64,000 nucleotides of DNA from a virus: positions 1-64,000 of the IMG/VR virus record IMGVR_UViG_3300048588_000136; one strand, written 5' to 3'. This document shows positions 9,053 through 17,572 of this stretch, piece after piece. Every line of letters begins with the position of its first letter. Position 1 is the first letter of the stretch. Made by a program: the position numbers and the translations under genes. The notes below the pieces were generated by a model. The model did not search any database. It was given only the letters and a program-made list of their open reading frames with translations, and was not told where the DNA came from.

Positions 9053-9307
9053 ATGGCAATTAGCTTGAATGTGAATCCGGTAAAAGGATTAATCAATCGC
9101 CGGATTGCTAAAACACTGGAGAATGATTGTATTTCTCCTGCTGATGCCATCCTGTTTGGCATCGCTGGCGCCCTTGGTGCCTTGCCAGATGGTAATGGCA
9201 CTAGTATCGGACCCAATGCGCCGATGTATGAGAATGAGCCGTCAACGTGGTGTAATCATTGCCGGGTGCAATATTGGGGCGGACGGTGCAAGTGTGGGAG
9301 GGTGTAA
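9053..9307 (+). CDS. hypothetical protein with C-terminal Zn motif
   Basis: RBS AGGAGG; CNHC..CKC. Confidence 0.65.
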   Translation: MAISLNVNPVKGLINRRIAKTLENDCISPADAILFGIAGALGALPDGNGTSIGPNAPMYENEPSTWCNHCRVQYWGGRCKCGRV

Positions 9308-9486
9308 TGAGCCGACAACTGCCACGGCTGGCGAATGAGCAGCCGACCGAGATCGCACACCGTCCATTTTGGGTGCGCTTGCGCACTATAACTATCACCG
9401 TTCTGGATGATGTGCCAGAATGGATTCAATATCTGACACTGTTTCTGGTTGTGTATTTTGTAGCATCAATCTTGAGAGGATTTTAG
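9307..9486 (+). CDS. small C-terminal-TM protein
   Basis: TAATG coupling; YLTLFLVVYFVASIL. Confidence 0.55.
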   Translation: MSRQLPRLANEQPTEIAHRPFWVRLRTITITVLDDVPEWIQYLTLFLVVYFVASILRGF

Positions 9487-9488
9487 GC

Positions 9489-11114
9489 ATGATGAAAACG
9501 CAGGATATCGGACGCTATTTACTCCACGGTGTCAACCGTCGCCACGACATGACCCTGGCACGGGCCGGCATCAACAGCGGGTGGAACATGGCTCGCCGCG
9601 CTGTTGGTAAACCGGCGGCTGATGCTGGCCTGTTGGAGTATGCTAAGGTGTCCGGTATCCGAGCGATTTCGTCATTGCTTGGTGTCAAGGCTGCGAAGCC
9701 GGAACAGTTGCCCGCCGGATGGCCGCAGGATGTGTTTGATATTGTGGCACGCGACATCCGTGTTCGTGGTGGCACGGTCAAATTGCCTGACGGGTTGACG
9801 CAACCGGCATTTCGACTGACCACACGCGGCGCTGTTGAATTACCGCATATGTGGATTGCCTTTGTTGAGCCGACTATTGAAGGCATGGGTAGCTACGATA
9901 CGGTGCTGGGTCTGGGCGAAGATATTGAGGAGTCACTGTCACACAAGGGTTTTAATTTTGGCGTTCGTGTTCAGCGTAGGCGTCTACGGATTGAGATTGA
10001 TAAGCCAAAGCCCGCACCCATTCACATGTCTGATGATTGGGAGTTATTAAAGGCACAACCAGTCAATCAGTTTGAGTATACATTTGGCACATACTTCGCT
10101 GATGGTGGGCTGCAAATTGGTATCGCTGATTTGCTTGACGAACGGGAGGCGCACGCCATTATTGCCGGCATGACAGGCAGCGGCAAAAGCCAGTTATCCT
10201 TGTCGATTCTATTATCGGCGGCGTTCAACACTAGCCCTGCGCACTTGTCGATGGTTATCATTGATCCGAAAGGCGTTGATTTTGCGGGTTTGGCCGGATT
10301 GCCGCACTTGGCAAACGGCAAGATTATCAATAGTTTGGATGATGCAGCCGTTGCCGTCCGCACTGTGTGCGCTGAGATGGACAAGCGTATGGCTGCCAAG
10401 GATACCAAGGCGATGCACAATCGCATCATGCTTTACATTGACGAAATCCCCAATTTACTCGATCTGGATCGGGCAAAAGGGGGCGACGGCGAAAGCCTGG
10501 AGGATATGCTGATTCGTATGGCACAAATCGGGCGCGGCGTTGGTATCAATGTTTTCCTGGCGGCGCAGCAGGCGACTAAAGATGTGATGTCTACTCGCAT
10601 CTTAAAGAACATGATTTGGCGCATGGTCGGTAGTGTGAGTAGCTTCGACGCATCGGTTCATCTATCCGGTCAATCTGGCTGTCTTGCCCACAAACTGCCG
10701 GGGCGCGGTTCGTTTCTGATGTACAATCCGCAATTTCGTGAAGGGCTGCGAGTGCAGGCGCATCTAGTGGCTGACCCGAAGCTGCCGGACTTTGCCCAGC
10801 GCATTGCGTTTTTCGTTGGTGATATAGCGGAACGCTGGGCCGGCATTCGTCCGCACTGGACGTTGCGCCTGGCCGAGCCGGAAGCGGAGACGGCGTATGT
10901 GCAGGATAGCTTACTTGACGATGAGAATATGTCCATTGTGCAGGTTGGGCGGCCCAAGGCGGAGTGGCCCACCGACTTCGTTGTTGATGTTGTCAAGGCT
11001 AAGGCGCAGTTGGGCGCCGATTTCACGGCTGGTACGATCCAGACGTTGTGGAAGTCAAAGTACAAGAAAACGCTCAACTACAATCGGGCGCTAGACCTGC
11101 ACGCTATGCTGTAA
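9489..11114 (+). CDS. FtsK/SpoIIIE-family (TraB-like) DNA translocase ATPase
   Basis: Walker A GMTGSGKS, IDPKG, Walker B LYIDE, Arg finger GRGVG..AAQ, LPGRG; C-terminal gamma-like IQ..LNYNRA. Confidence 0.9.
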   Translation: MMKTQDIGRYLLHGVNRRHDMTLARAGINSGWNMARRAVGKPAADAGLLEYAKVSGIRAISSLLGVKAAKPEQLPAGWPQDVFDIVARDIRVRGGTVKLPDGLTQPAFRLTTRGAVELPHMWIAFVEPTIEGMGSYDTVLGLGEDIEESLSHKGFNFGVRVQRRRLRIEIDKPKPAPIHMSDDWELLKAQPVNQFEYTFGTYFADGGLQIGIADLLDEREAHAIIAGMTGSGKSQLSLSILLSAAFNTSPAHLSMVIIDPKGVDFAGLAGLPHLANGKIINSLDDAAVAVRTVCAEMDKRMAAKDTKAMHNRIMLYIDEIPNLLDLDRAKGGDGESLEDMLIRMAQIGRGVGINVFLAAQQATKDVMSTRILKNMIWRMVGSVSSFDASVHLSGQSGCLAHKLPGRGSFLMYNPQFREGLRVQAHLVADPKLPDFAQRIAFFVGDIAERWAGIRPHWTLRLAEPEAETAYVQDSLLDDENMSIVQVGRPKAEWPTDFVVDVVKAKAQLGADFTAGTIQTLWKSKYKKTLNYNRALDLHAML

Positions 11115-11115
11115 C

Positions 11116-11231
11116 TTTACGAATTTACTAAATTTTACGCAGGGTATCAGTTTGACGGTAGCAGACTGAAAAAAGCGCCCGTAATTTCGTATTTTTGAGT
11201 TTCGTTAAACGTTTCGTCAAGAGTTTTGTTA
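11116..11231. repeat. short direct-repeat array immediately downstream of the FtsK gene
   Basis: TTTAC(G/T) at 11116, 11124, 11134; TTTCGT at 11185, 11200, 11212; TTTTGT at 11224; central hairpin TCAGTTTG..CAGACTGA. Confidence 0.6.
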
Positions 11232-11243
11232 GGAGCAATCATC

Positions 11244-11429
11244 ATGATCGAACACATTGCAATCATCGTACTGCTATTGTCGCTCATCCTGGGCGCTTTC
11301 ATCCTGCCGTCGTTGCTGGTCACGCTGGTGACATACTGCTTCGGCAAGGCGTGGGAAAACACGATTGTCGGGGTGCAGGTTGGGTTTATGCGCAGAGATA
11401 ACGCCGTTGCTGTTGCTGTGACGTGGTAA
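11244..11429 (+). CDS. small membrane protein
   Basis: RBS AGGAG; long hydrophobic stretch. Confidence 0.6.
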   Translation: MIEHIAIIVLLLSLILGAFILPSLLVTLVTYCFGKAWENTIVGVQVGFMRRDNAVAVAVTW

Positions 11430-11442
11430 AGGAGAAGCACGA

Positions 11443-12243
11443 ATGACTGAATTGATTAATTCACTTGACGCCCCGATTGGGCGCCCGAAGTATCAGGATA
11501 AGTTTGAACGGCACTATAACGCCATCCTTGGTATGTTTCGGCACCTCATCACACAGTTTGCTGATGAGTCGGTAGAGATCGCCGCCCGCGCCGTGGCTCT
11601 TGCCGCGCCGCTACCCAACGCCATCAACATGTATAACGTGGCAGTGCGTTCGACTGCCAACGATGGGTTGGGTTACGGCTCGTTTGCGTCGCTAGCGTTT
11701 GCGCTAACGCTGGAAATTGTGGTATTTCTTTTGGTTGAAATCGCGCTGAAAATGTGGGACGGATACCTCGTCAACCACGACCGTTACGTGTGGCCGTTTC
11801 GTGCATCCATCGCTATCGTTATCCTTGCAACCTTGGTTGTGATGGGTATTGTTTACGTGTTGGAGCCGCATAAAATCATGGCATTTCTGCCCGTCGTTTC
11901 CTTGTGTTCATTCGTTGGCATCGGGTTAAAGCGCTGGGATGAACGTAACGCTAAAACGGCCGCGGAAACCGTTCAAAGCGTCGTTGTTCCAGAGGTACAG
12001 CAACCAGAACAGCCGGTAAACGATGACGCCATGAATCGACGCAAAGCCGTGGCAACCTACTATAAGGACAACCCAAATGCTACCTATCAACAGGTTGCCG
12101 ACGACCTCAACGTTACCAGCAAGGCGACAGTGTTCAACGATGTAAAGTGGCTCGAAAAACGCGGTGTTGTCCATGTTGAACGTGATGGCAAAACAACTAA
12201 CGTTCGAGTTAATGGTCAATACGAAACGTTTGTAAATGGGTAG
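11443..12243 (+). CDS. multi-TM protein with C-terminal winged HTH (Spd-like architecture)
   Basis: About 4 TM segments, then NPNATYQQVADDLNVTSKATVFNDVKWLEKRG wHTH. Confidence 0.75.
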   Translation: MTELINSLDAPIGRPKYQDKFERHYNAILGMFRHLITQFADESVEIAARAVALAAPLPNAINMYNVAVRSTANDGLGYGSFASLAFALTLEIVVFLLVEIALKMWDGYLVNHDRYVWPFRASIAIVILATLVVMGIVYVLEPHKIMAFLPVVSLCSFVGIGLKRWDERNAKTAAETVQSVVVPEVQQPEQPVNDDAMNRRKAVATYYKDNPNATYQQVADDLNVTSKATVFNDVKWLEKRGVVHVERDGKTTNVRVNGQYETFVNG

Positions 12244-12256
12244 AGGACGCAACTTA

Positions 12257-12424
12257 TGAGTGTCGAATTTTTAATTGCAACGTTACTTGGCATGGTAGTA
12301 CAATCACTCATGAATGGCATCGTCAACCGTGACAAGGTTGTCAGTTTCACGGGGTCGGCCATCGCGGCGGGGCTGTGTGTTGCGTGGGCTATTGTGATTT
12401 ACGCGCTGTCGTTGTACTGGTAAA
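12257..12424 (+). CDS. small two-TM protein (below ORF-track cutoff)
   Basis: RBS AGAGGA; MSVEFLIATLLGMVV..AIAAGLCVAWAIVIYALSLYW. Confidence 0.5.
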
Positions 12425-12435
12425 GCGGGGTAGTC

Positions 12436-12639
12436 ATGGAAGCAGGGACGAGAGTTAGATTAGACATACCGGATCAGGAAGATAGATACGGCACCGTCAT
12501 TGGGGAATACAATGTCGTTGACCGAATGCGTGACCCGCTGCGCTCCACGCCTGGCGTAATCTTGCGTGATGAGCGTAGCTCGTGGCAATGTGAGTATATC
12601 AAAATTGGTTCCGATATTATTAAGCTGGATTGGCGCTGA
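12436..12639 (+). CDS. hypothetical protein
   Basis: ORF in operon. Confidence 0.5.
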   Translation: MEAGTRVRLDIPDQEDRYGTVIGEYNVVDRMRDPLRSTPGVILRDERSSWQCEYIKIGSDIIKLDWR

Positions 12640-12896
12640 TAGGAGGCAATTACCTGAGCAAACAACAACCAGTCAAGGTAGAAAGTTCGTCACACGTCCA
12701 TTACCACAGCGCTCCACCGTCAACAATCGCTAGCATTCTGCTATGGTTCGTCCGCGCCGCCTTGTTGCTACTGTCAGCCACGGCGCTGCGCACAGTACTG
12801 GCTGGCGAATGGCAGCGGCTAGCGTCCTGGGAATGGGGCGCTGTGATTGGCGCATTAATCGGCGGCGAATGGGTCGCCAGAAAGTGGGGGAAATAG
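12630..12896 (+). CDS. small two-TM protein
   Basis: two hydrophobic segments; start uncertain (AGGAGG at ~12641). Confidence 0.55.
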   Translation: MALIGGNYLSKQQPVKVESSSHVHYHSAPPSTIASILLWFVRAALLLLSATALRTVLAGEWQRLASWEWGAVIGALIGGEWVARKWGK

Positions 12897-12897
12897 A

Positions 12898-13110
12898 ATG
12901 AGTACCAAAGTAGATATGATTAAGGCATTACCTGGATACAAAAGCCATGAGTATGACAGGGGGCGGTGGCACATAGAATTTGTTCCACCAAGTTGGCTCG
13001 ATGGCGACGGTGCGGTTATCAACGATTGTTTTTTTGATGACGATATTGCTAAGCTGCGCCGTGACCGAGAATTGATAACTGAACACAGAAGAAAGCTTAG
13101 CAATGGCTAA
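12898..13110 (+). CDS. hypothetical protein
   Basis: coupled to neighbours. Confidence 0.5.
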   Translation: MSTKVDMIKALPGYKSHEYDRGRWHIEFVPPSWLDGDGAVINDCFFDDDIAKLRRDRELITEHRRKLSNG

Positions 13111-13540
13111 CGGCATCACACACGCCCAGTACGCTACCCGCGCCGCCACCGTCATCACGGCCGGCGCCATCGTCGCCGCTACAGTGCAGCCTGTGCTGCT
13201 CGGCGTGGCGGTTGGTGCATGGGCGGGTTGGTTGGCTGGGCCTGACATGGACTTGCACGTCAAAAACGAGGACCGACAAAGAGTGTGGCGCTACAATAAG
13301 GTGCTGGGCGTGCTGTGGGGTTGGTACTGGAAGCCATACGACTGGATGAACGGTCACCGTGGCCGCAGTCACACCATACCCGCCGGCACGCTTGACCGCT
13401 TCATGCTGCTATTCTGGCTGCCGGTGGCGCTGTCGTGTTACTTGTGGCTGTCGTGGTGGCTGCCGGTGTTCTGGGTGATCGTGTTCGTGGGGCAATGTTG
13501 CGTGGACGCTGTGCATTTGTGGTTGGATGGGTTACTATGA
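13103..13540 (+). CDS. DUF2227-like putative metal-binding membrane protein
   Basis: G.TH, PDMD, YWKPY, HRGRSH motifs with TM segments. Confidence 0.75.
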   Translation: MANGITHAQYATRAATVITAGAIVAATVQPVLLGVAVGAWAGWLAGPDMDLHVKNEDRQRVWRYNKVLGVLWGWYWKPYDWMNGHRGRSHTIPAGTLDRFMLLFWLPVALSCYLWLSWWLPVFWVIVFVGQCCVDAVHLWLDGLL

Positions 13541-13599
13541 CATCAACGGACGCCGACCGGCTCAAAGCGCAAGTGGAGGTAATGAGAAAGGGGAGATAG

Positions 13600-13818
13600 A
13601 TGCGGACTAGAGAAGACATAGAACAACGGTTGAACGATGCGGTCGAACTACACCGGCAATGGTATGGCGTCGATAGCGATGCAGCGATGCGATTGTACGC
13701 CCAGTGCAGGGCGCTCTATTGGGTTTTGCATCCTGAAATAAAATCGGAACTTGAATTGATAGAGAAAGTCAACAGAGCGATAGGGTTGGGTACTGACAGA
13801 CAGCCCTGGACGAAATAG
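13600..13818 (+). CDS. hypothetical protein
   Basis: RBS GGGAG; ALYWVL motif common in small phage proteins. Confidence 0.55.
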   Translation: MRTREDIEQRLNDAVELHRQWYGVDSDAAMRLYAQCRALYWVLHPEIKSELELIEKVNRAIGLGTDRQPWTK

Positions 13819-13911
13819 AAAACCGGCCTGCTGCGTTCCCCCGAAGCGGTTCTGTACCGCACGCAACAAGCCGGTAGGGGGAAGTGTAGCATGAAGGCGA
13901 GGGAAATGCAA

Positions 13912-14316
13912 CTACAACCGGAACATAATAATGCATTTCAGCAATGCGTAGGCGTCCTGACCGGCGCTCTTGTGCCAGATGAGCCAGTCGCCAACGGCGT
14001 CCTGTTCCGCCTTGGCGTCACTGCCGAACTGCTGGACAATGATGGCGGCGGCGGATTCAGCGAGTAGGCCACTGCCGAGATTGAGCCAGAGTTCGCCATT
14101 GCGATTAATTATCTCAGGCGATAGCTGACGTTCGGCAACCATGCGGCTGGCGAGCGTAATCTGGTTAGCCTGTTCAACTTTGTGGTAATACAGATAGTTG
14201 ACGGCTTCGACTACCGCCGATGTTTCGGTTGTGAAGTACTCGCCGTTGACCAGTTCGGCAAGTTGAGTAATGGTACGATCGGGTAAGCGGAAGGGTTTAG
14301 TCTTTTTTTGAGACAT
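13912..14316 (-). CDS. RHH-like DNA-binding protein with C-terminal domain
   Basis: KPFRLPDRTITQLAEL..TETSAVVEAV; RBS AGGAA. Confidence 0.65.
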   Translation of the reverse strand: MSQKKTKPFRLPDRTITQLAELVNGEYFTTETSAVVEAVNYLYYHKVEQANQITLASRMVAERQLSPEIINRNGELWLNLGSGLLAESAAAIIVQQFGSDAKAEQDAVGDWLIWHKSAGQDAYALLKCIIMFRL

Positions 14317-14368
14317 GGTTTGTTCCTGAAAAAGAATTGCCCCACTTGGTTAAGGTGGGGCGGGTAGG

Positions 14369-14557
14369 CTAAACGCTGTACTGTCGCTCAAATTCCTGCT
14401 TGGCTACACGGATTTCATCTGGGTCAGTCAGTTCAAATTCCTGACTGATATAGTAGGCGATGTCTTCCTTGCTGTCCGGCGCAACGCTTACATTGCTTAC
14501 CATCTGGCGGATTTCGTTGACACGTTTGACCCATTGATTGTCTGTTAGATTGCCCAT
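14369..14557 (-). CDS. hypothetical protein
   Basis: RBS AAGGA, downstream of promoter at 14615-14643. Confidence 0.6.
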   Translation of the reverse strand: MGNLTDNQWVKRVNEIRQMVSNVSVAPDSKEDIAYYISQEFELTDPDEIRVAKQEFERQYSV

Positions 14558-14614
14558 GATTCGTTCCTTTTCTTTGCGTTTGTGACTCGGCTCGATTGCC
14601 TTGCCTGTACACCT

Positions 14615-14668
14615 AGTATAGCAAAAAGCTATACGCTTGTCAATAGGCAAAATAGCAAAAAGCTATAC
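14615..14668 (-). promoter_or_regulatory. leftward sigma70 promoter with duplicated palindromic operator
   Basis: TTGACA-17-TATACT; GTATAGC-AAAAA-GCTATAC (14616-14634) largely repeated at 14652-14668. Confidence 0.85.
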
Positions 14669-14766
14669 AAATTCGCGAGTTTTTGGCATCAGACCTTACG
14701 GAACCAAAGCAAGTACGCCGGTGGCATCGTGTCCACCGGCTTCTTCGTTGTTCAACACTTGCAGAT

Positions 14767-15060
14767 CTATATATCCCCTTCCTTCAGCACGTATCCATTG
14801 CTCCCTGCCGAAAAACCTCTTTCGGCGAGACTGTTTATTTGTTCTGGTGATAGGCGAGCTAGCCTACTGCCGTAGGTGTGATTAATATACGCCGGAAAAC
14901 CAGCGTTAACCGGCGTATGGATTACACCGTTATGCGTCCCCGGTTGCATACCCAGATCATCCCCGCACGTTTTGCAAAAGTAGTGCGGATAACCGCCTAC
15001 CGTTCGCGTTGCTAGTTCGGTGGTGTGTCCGTTATGTGTTGTTGTCATTTGGTATTCCAT
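14767..15060 (-). CDS. hypothetical protein
   Basis: RBS GGAGAAAG; CKTC motif. Confidence 0.55.
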   Translation of the reverse strand: MEYQMTTTHNGHTTELATRTVGGYPHYFCKTCGDDLGMQPGTHNGVIHTPVNAGFPAYINHTYGSRLARLSPEQINSLAERGFSAGSNGYVLKEGDI

Positions 15061-15103
15061 GGTTCTATTCTTTCTCCGCACTATTGCCGGTGCGGTCGGT
15101 CGG

Positions 15104-15373
15104 TCACTTGCCTGCATCGTATACCTGCCGTAGCAGGCCGTTGATGTACTCCGACCGGGAGAGATCCCGGTTGTCGGCTTCGATGTCCAGCCATTCGAGG
15201 ATGGCTGCCGGAATGCGAATCGATATTTGCGCTGTCGATTCGTGGTTCTTCCAGCGCTTGCGGTTGCCGCCTGGCGAACCAGGCGGGCGACCAGGCCCCA
15301 GGTTTTCGTAGGCTTCGGGCGGGGCTTGGTCAATCTGCCTAAATGCTTTGTCGTACAGTTCTTCGTCCGCCAT
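15104..15373 (-). CDS. CopG/RHH DNA-binding protein
   Basis: GRP motif then QISIRIPAAILEWLD..SRSEYINGLLR. Confidence 0.75.
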   Translation of the reverse strand: MADEELYDKAFRQIDQAPPEAYENLGPGRPPGSPGGNRKRWKNHESTAQISIRIPAAILEWLDIEADNRDLSRSEYINGLLRQVYDAGK

Positions 15374-15417
15374 GTGTCCCTACTTGCGGTTTGACCACCC
15401 ACCGCAAAGGCTATAGA

Positions 15418-15615
15418 TTACGCCGCTTCAATCATGCCCGGCTCGGTGACGGTCAGATATTTCCCGTTGTCCAGTTGGACAACGTTCCCGTGCTGGCCGA
15501 TGCCTTTCATGTTTGGCTTGACCACGTTGATGACCGTAGCAGGCGTCCACTGCGGGGCGCTGTCGCCTGGGCTGTACAACACTTCGACCTTGGTTCCAAT
15601 AGCGAATGGTTTCAT
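15418..15615 (-). CDS. small SH3/KOW-like beta-barrel protein
   Basis: RBS AAAGGAAG; FAIGTKVEV..W.PATVI pattern. Confidence 0.55.
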   Translation of the reverse strand: MKPFAIGTKVEVLYSPGDSAPQWTPATVINVVKPNMKGIGQHGNVVQLDNGKYLTVTEPGMIEAA

Positions 15616-15705
15616 GTTTCTTCCTTTCTGATCCACGCCCACCCGTTGGGGTGCCACTGACTATCAGTAGTGAGGCCGGGGGGGGCGACCTCCGCACGAC
15701 TGGAT

Positions 15706-15939
15706 TTATTCTTCATCATGCTCAATGGTAACAATTACGCCGTTCGCTGCACGCCAGCGGGCGACCTCATCATTTACCTTGGCTTGCGCCTCCGCAAGCA
15801 CCCATCCGGCACCGTCTTCCGCTTCTTGGTAAACCTCATCCGTCAAGTGCTTCATTCGGATTTTTTGCTCTACCTTGATACGTTCCCAGCGTTCGTCTTG
15901 CGTCTCCGGTCTGCCGTTCTTGAGTTGTGTGACTACCAT
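15706..15939 (-). CDS. hypothetical protein
   Basis: RBS AGGAG, first gene after promoter at 15993-16021. Confidence 0.6.
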   Translation of the reverse strand: MVVTQLKNGRPETQDERWERIKVEQKIRMKHLTDEVYQEAEDGAGWVLAEAQAKVNDEVARWRAANGVIVTIEHDEE

Positions 15940-15992
15940 TTCATTCTCCTATCATCCTGTGGGCTACTCCGTTTCGCCCGTCCTTGTCTACT

Positions 15993-16021
15993 AGTGTATC
16001 ACGATAGTAAATCGTTGTCAA
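15993..16021 (-). promoter_or_regulatory. leftward sigma70 promoter with palindromic spacer
   Basis: TTGACA-17-TACACT; ACGAT-AGTAA-ATCGT in spacer. Confidence 0.8.
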
Positions 16022-16141
16022 TAGGTTTTCTGACGAGTTTTTGTAGTTCTGAATCTCATTCAGTTATCCGCCATTTGTTGTATTTTTACCAAATAAATCA
16101 CGCAACCGAAGGAAACGACAGCCCAATTGCGATAATGTAAA

Positions 16142-16190
16142 TGAGAACTAGTCTCAACTAGTTGCAAATGTAAGGCGAGCGTGGTATAAT
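16142..16190 (+). promoter_or_regulatory. rightward promoter with upstream 7-1-7 Fur-family-like box
   Basis: TGAGAAC-T-AGTCTCA 16142-16156; TTGCAA-17-TATAAT. Confidence 0.7.
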
Positions 16191-16204
16191 CAGCGCATGT
16201 TGAT

Positions 16205-16241
16205 GCGCCACGTTGCCGCCTAGGTAGCCGTGGCGCTTTTT
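16205..16241 (+). terminator. promoter-proximal intrinsic terminator
   Basis: GCGCCACG..CGTGGCGC + TTTTT. Confidence 0.75.
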
Positions 16242-16260
16242 CGTTTGTGGAGGAACAACA

Positions 16261-16833
16261 ATGCTGAACAGAGACGAATACCGGCGCTTTATCAACGCTG
16301 ACCAGCCGCTGACCAACACATCCGCCTATGCGCGCATTGACCGGGCGCCCACCGGCACAGCATGGCGGGCTGTGTGCGTGTACCATTTGCCGGCTGAGGT
16401 CAACAACCGAATGCTGATTGCGTTCTGCGACGTGCTGCAAGGCGGGTTGTGGGCCAACACAGCCGGTATGCGGATTGCCTACACATGGGAAGGGCGCACC
16501 GAGCCGCCATTGTACCGTCCATTTGAGAAGCGACCACCAGAGCCACGGGCACAGGTTGATTTGTACAAGGGACAGGTGACCACAGTGTGGGTTGACGATC
16601 CTCGCTATCCGTCGGATAAGGTCGCAGGCATTCACAGCGCTGTGGAAAATGGGCAGAATGGAAATAGTCTCTACCATAATAGCTTTGTGGTGTTCTGGGA
16701 GTTACGCAACGCCGTCATCATCTCGCCCATTGACCCGCCGACCGTACCAGGCGACGTGTCCGCATTGCAGGCGGAAGTGCAGCGACTGAAGGCGATTATT
16801 GCGAATGCGCAGAAGGCATTGGGTGCAGCATGA
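16261..16833 (+). CDS. cell-envelope-associated domain protein (possible lysis protein)
   Basis: RBS GGAGG; W.....HL...N..KRPPEP..SD.V.G.H..GNSLYHNSF.V.W pattern recalled from Chloroflexi envelope proteins; C-terminal coiled coil. Confidence 0.5.
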   Translation: MLNRDEYRRFINADQPLTNTSAYARIDRAPTGTAWRAVCVYHLPAEVNNRMLIAFCDVLQGGLWANTAGMRIAYTWEGRTEPPLYRPFEKRPPEPRAQVDLYKGQVTTVWVDDPRYPSDKVAGIHSAVENGQNGNSLYHNSFVVFWELRNAVIISPIDPPTVPGDVSALQAEVQRLKAIIANAQKALGAA

Positions 16834-17165
16834 CCGAACTATTACCCTGCCCGTTTTGCGGCAAACCTGCTAGACTAGACGAGGGTAGCGATCATCATGA
16901 CGGCTATTTCTCATTGGGATGTAGTAGTGGTATGGAAGATGCCTGCCCTGGTCGGTACGTGTATTACACGGAATCCATAGACTGTTTGGATTCGGCAATC
17001 GCCAAGTGGAATACCCGCCACGTTACTCCGCTGTTACTAGACTTCTATAACCGTGTGTGCGACCGTGCCGAGCGAAATATGGCACTAACCGGAACCGTTA
17101 GCGGCGCGCACTGGAACGCTATGCGGCAGGAGTTAAAAGCGCTGGGGATTGAGGTGACCCGATGA
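16830..17165 (+). CDS. Lar-family (restriction alleviation-like) Zn-finger protein
   Basis: ELLPCPFCG..AIAKWNTR. Confidence 0.8.
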   Translation: MTELLPCPFCGKPARLDEGSDHHDGYFSLGCSSGMEDACPGRYVYYTESIDCLDSAIAKWNTRHVTPLLLDFYNRVCDRAERNMALTGTVSGAHWNAMRQELKALGIEVTR

Positions 17166-17572
17166 AACTATCACCATGTAAGCACTGTGGCAGCGTCGCC
17201 CACATTACCAAGTCTGTCACCGACCCCCACCTATGCTGGAGCGTCTCATGCAGCAATCTGGACTGCGGCATGACCACGCGGGCATTTAGTCAGCAGCAGC
17301 AGGCTGTGAATGCGTGGCAGCGGAGCGCGGAACCGGCGCAAACCTATAGTCACCGCAACGGGGAGACGGAAGCGCCGATAGCGTCGGGTAAATATTGGTT
17401 TGCAGGTGAAGTGAGCTCAGAGATTGCCACTGAACGGTACAAGGTTACCGACACGGTCGATGTCAATGATAATCATGCCTACAATGACGTGCATGGTGAA
17501 ACATTACATTTATGGAACTATGCTGGTCAATGGTGGGGGCCGGTACTCGCACCGTGGGAGCAGCCACAATGA
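17162..17572 (+). CDS. Lar-family Zn-finger protein
   Basis: LSPCKHCG..C...CG..AVNAWQR. Confidence 0.7.
   Translation: MKLSPCKHCGSVAHITKSVTDPHLCWSVSCSNLDCGMTTRAFSQQQQAVNAWQRSAEPAQTYSHRNGETEAPIASGKYWFAGEVSSEIATERYKVTDTVDVNDNHAYNDVHGETLHLWNYAGQWWGPVLAPWEQPQ

Noticed and set aside
9489-11114. FtsK-HerA packaging ATPase of a non-tailed virus, or chromosomal ftsK
   Set aside because: TerL and portal are present, and the gene lacks the N-terminal TM domain and chromosomal context.
11147-11174. Intrinsic terminator after the FtsK gene
   Set aside because: The hairpin is followed by an A-run on the + strand, so neither strand has a 3' U-tract.
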